This document shows positions 63,501 through 64,000 of a DNA stretch of 64,000 nt, in pieces. The translations under genes and the position numbers were made by a program. This DNA comes from Paraphysomonas bandaiensis (Eukaryota; Protista; Chrysophyceae), in assembly GCA_965644295.1 (NCBI GenBank), contig CBFFRP010000169.1, positions 186,001 to 250,000 of the forward strand, given 5' to 3'. Position 1 is the first letter of the stretch, and each line of letters begins with the position of its first letter. The notes below the pieces were generated by a model. The model saw only the letters and a program-made list of their open reading frames with translations, ran no database searches and was not told the DNA's origin.

Positions 63501-64000
63501 CTTCGTAGAACCCCTAGCTAATAGGAAGCATAAGGATGCAATTGACCATTCATTGATATAGCACTGAGCAAAAACCCACCATTCATGTTATATTAATGGC
63601 AGGTGAGTAATAGTGCAGGAAACATTAAAACGACAATGAATACAATAAAAGATACAGCATGCATTTTGTACCTTCCATAATAGCAATGGCTCCGTGTGCT
63701 CATGCACAAAAACACTGGAATCTACCAAACAATCTAATAAACAAGTTACTATATTTATCGAACCACGTATATATTTGATATGTAAAATGGCTTCGTAGAA
63801 CCCCTAGCTAATAGGAAGCATAAGGATGCAATTGACCATTCATTGATATAGCACTGAGCAAAAACCCACCATTCATGTTATATTAATGGCAGGTGAGTAA
63901 TAGTGCAGGAAACATTAAAACGACAATGAATACAATAAAAGATACAGCATGCATTTTGTACCTTCCATAATAGCAATGGCTCCGTGTGCTCATGCACAAA
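57538..64000. repeat. 290-bp tandem satellite, ~22 copies, running off the window end
   Basis: Exact 290-bp period (57881, 58171, 58461...). It starts with a 58-bp partial duplication, carries rare variants (TTCG>TTTG at ~58196, 59066, 59646) and has an ~88-bp internal duplication near 62125. Confidence 0.98.

Noticed and set aside
57538-64000. CRISPR-like array or repeat-protein gene
   Set aside because: The units are identical with no unique spacers, there is no long ORF, and the context is eukaryotic.

Overview
Eukaryotic nuclear DNA with short GT-AG introns; a stramenopile-like protist origin is inferred from gene content and is not demonstrated. Three zones are visible. (1) ~1-24 kb is a rearranged repeat zone: a small spliced coiled-coil gene (MSQITPP...) present as 6 full and 2 partial copies, four of them in a ~4.1-kb nested palindrome; a 5'-truncated RNase H/zinc-knuckle LINE flanked by a 1,067-bp direct duplication; a non-autonomous LTR element (1,503-bp LTRs, ATAT TSD); MITEs; and a disrupted trypsin-like protease. 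(2) ~25-57 kb is gene-rich, with strictly alternating head-to-head pairs from 25 to 49 kb: GTPase-RNase III fusion/unknown, PLAC8/PLAC8, RhaT-like/TM9SF, FAH-family hydratase/U2AF65, RPB11/His-phosphatase-RINGv, DOT1-like MTase/UGPase. A Cys-rich orphan and a GH18 gene follow. (3) 57.5 kb to the end is a nearly homogeneous 290-bp tandem satellite that may derive from an exon-intron segment. Best novelty candidates: the intronless GTPase-RNase III fusion with its divergent partner, the palindromic gene array, the head-to-head organisation, and the kb-scale target duplication. All protein calls come from motifs read by eye; no database searches were run.
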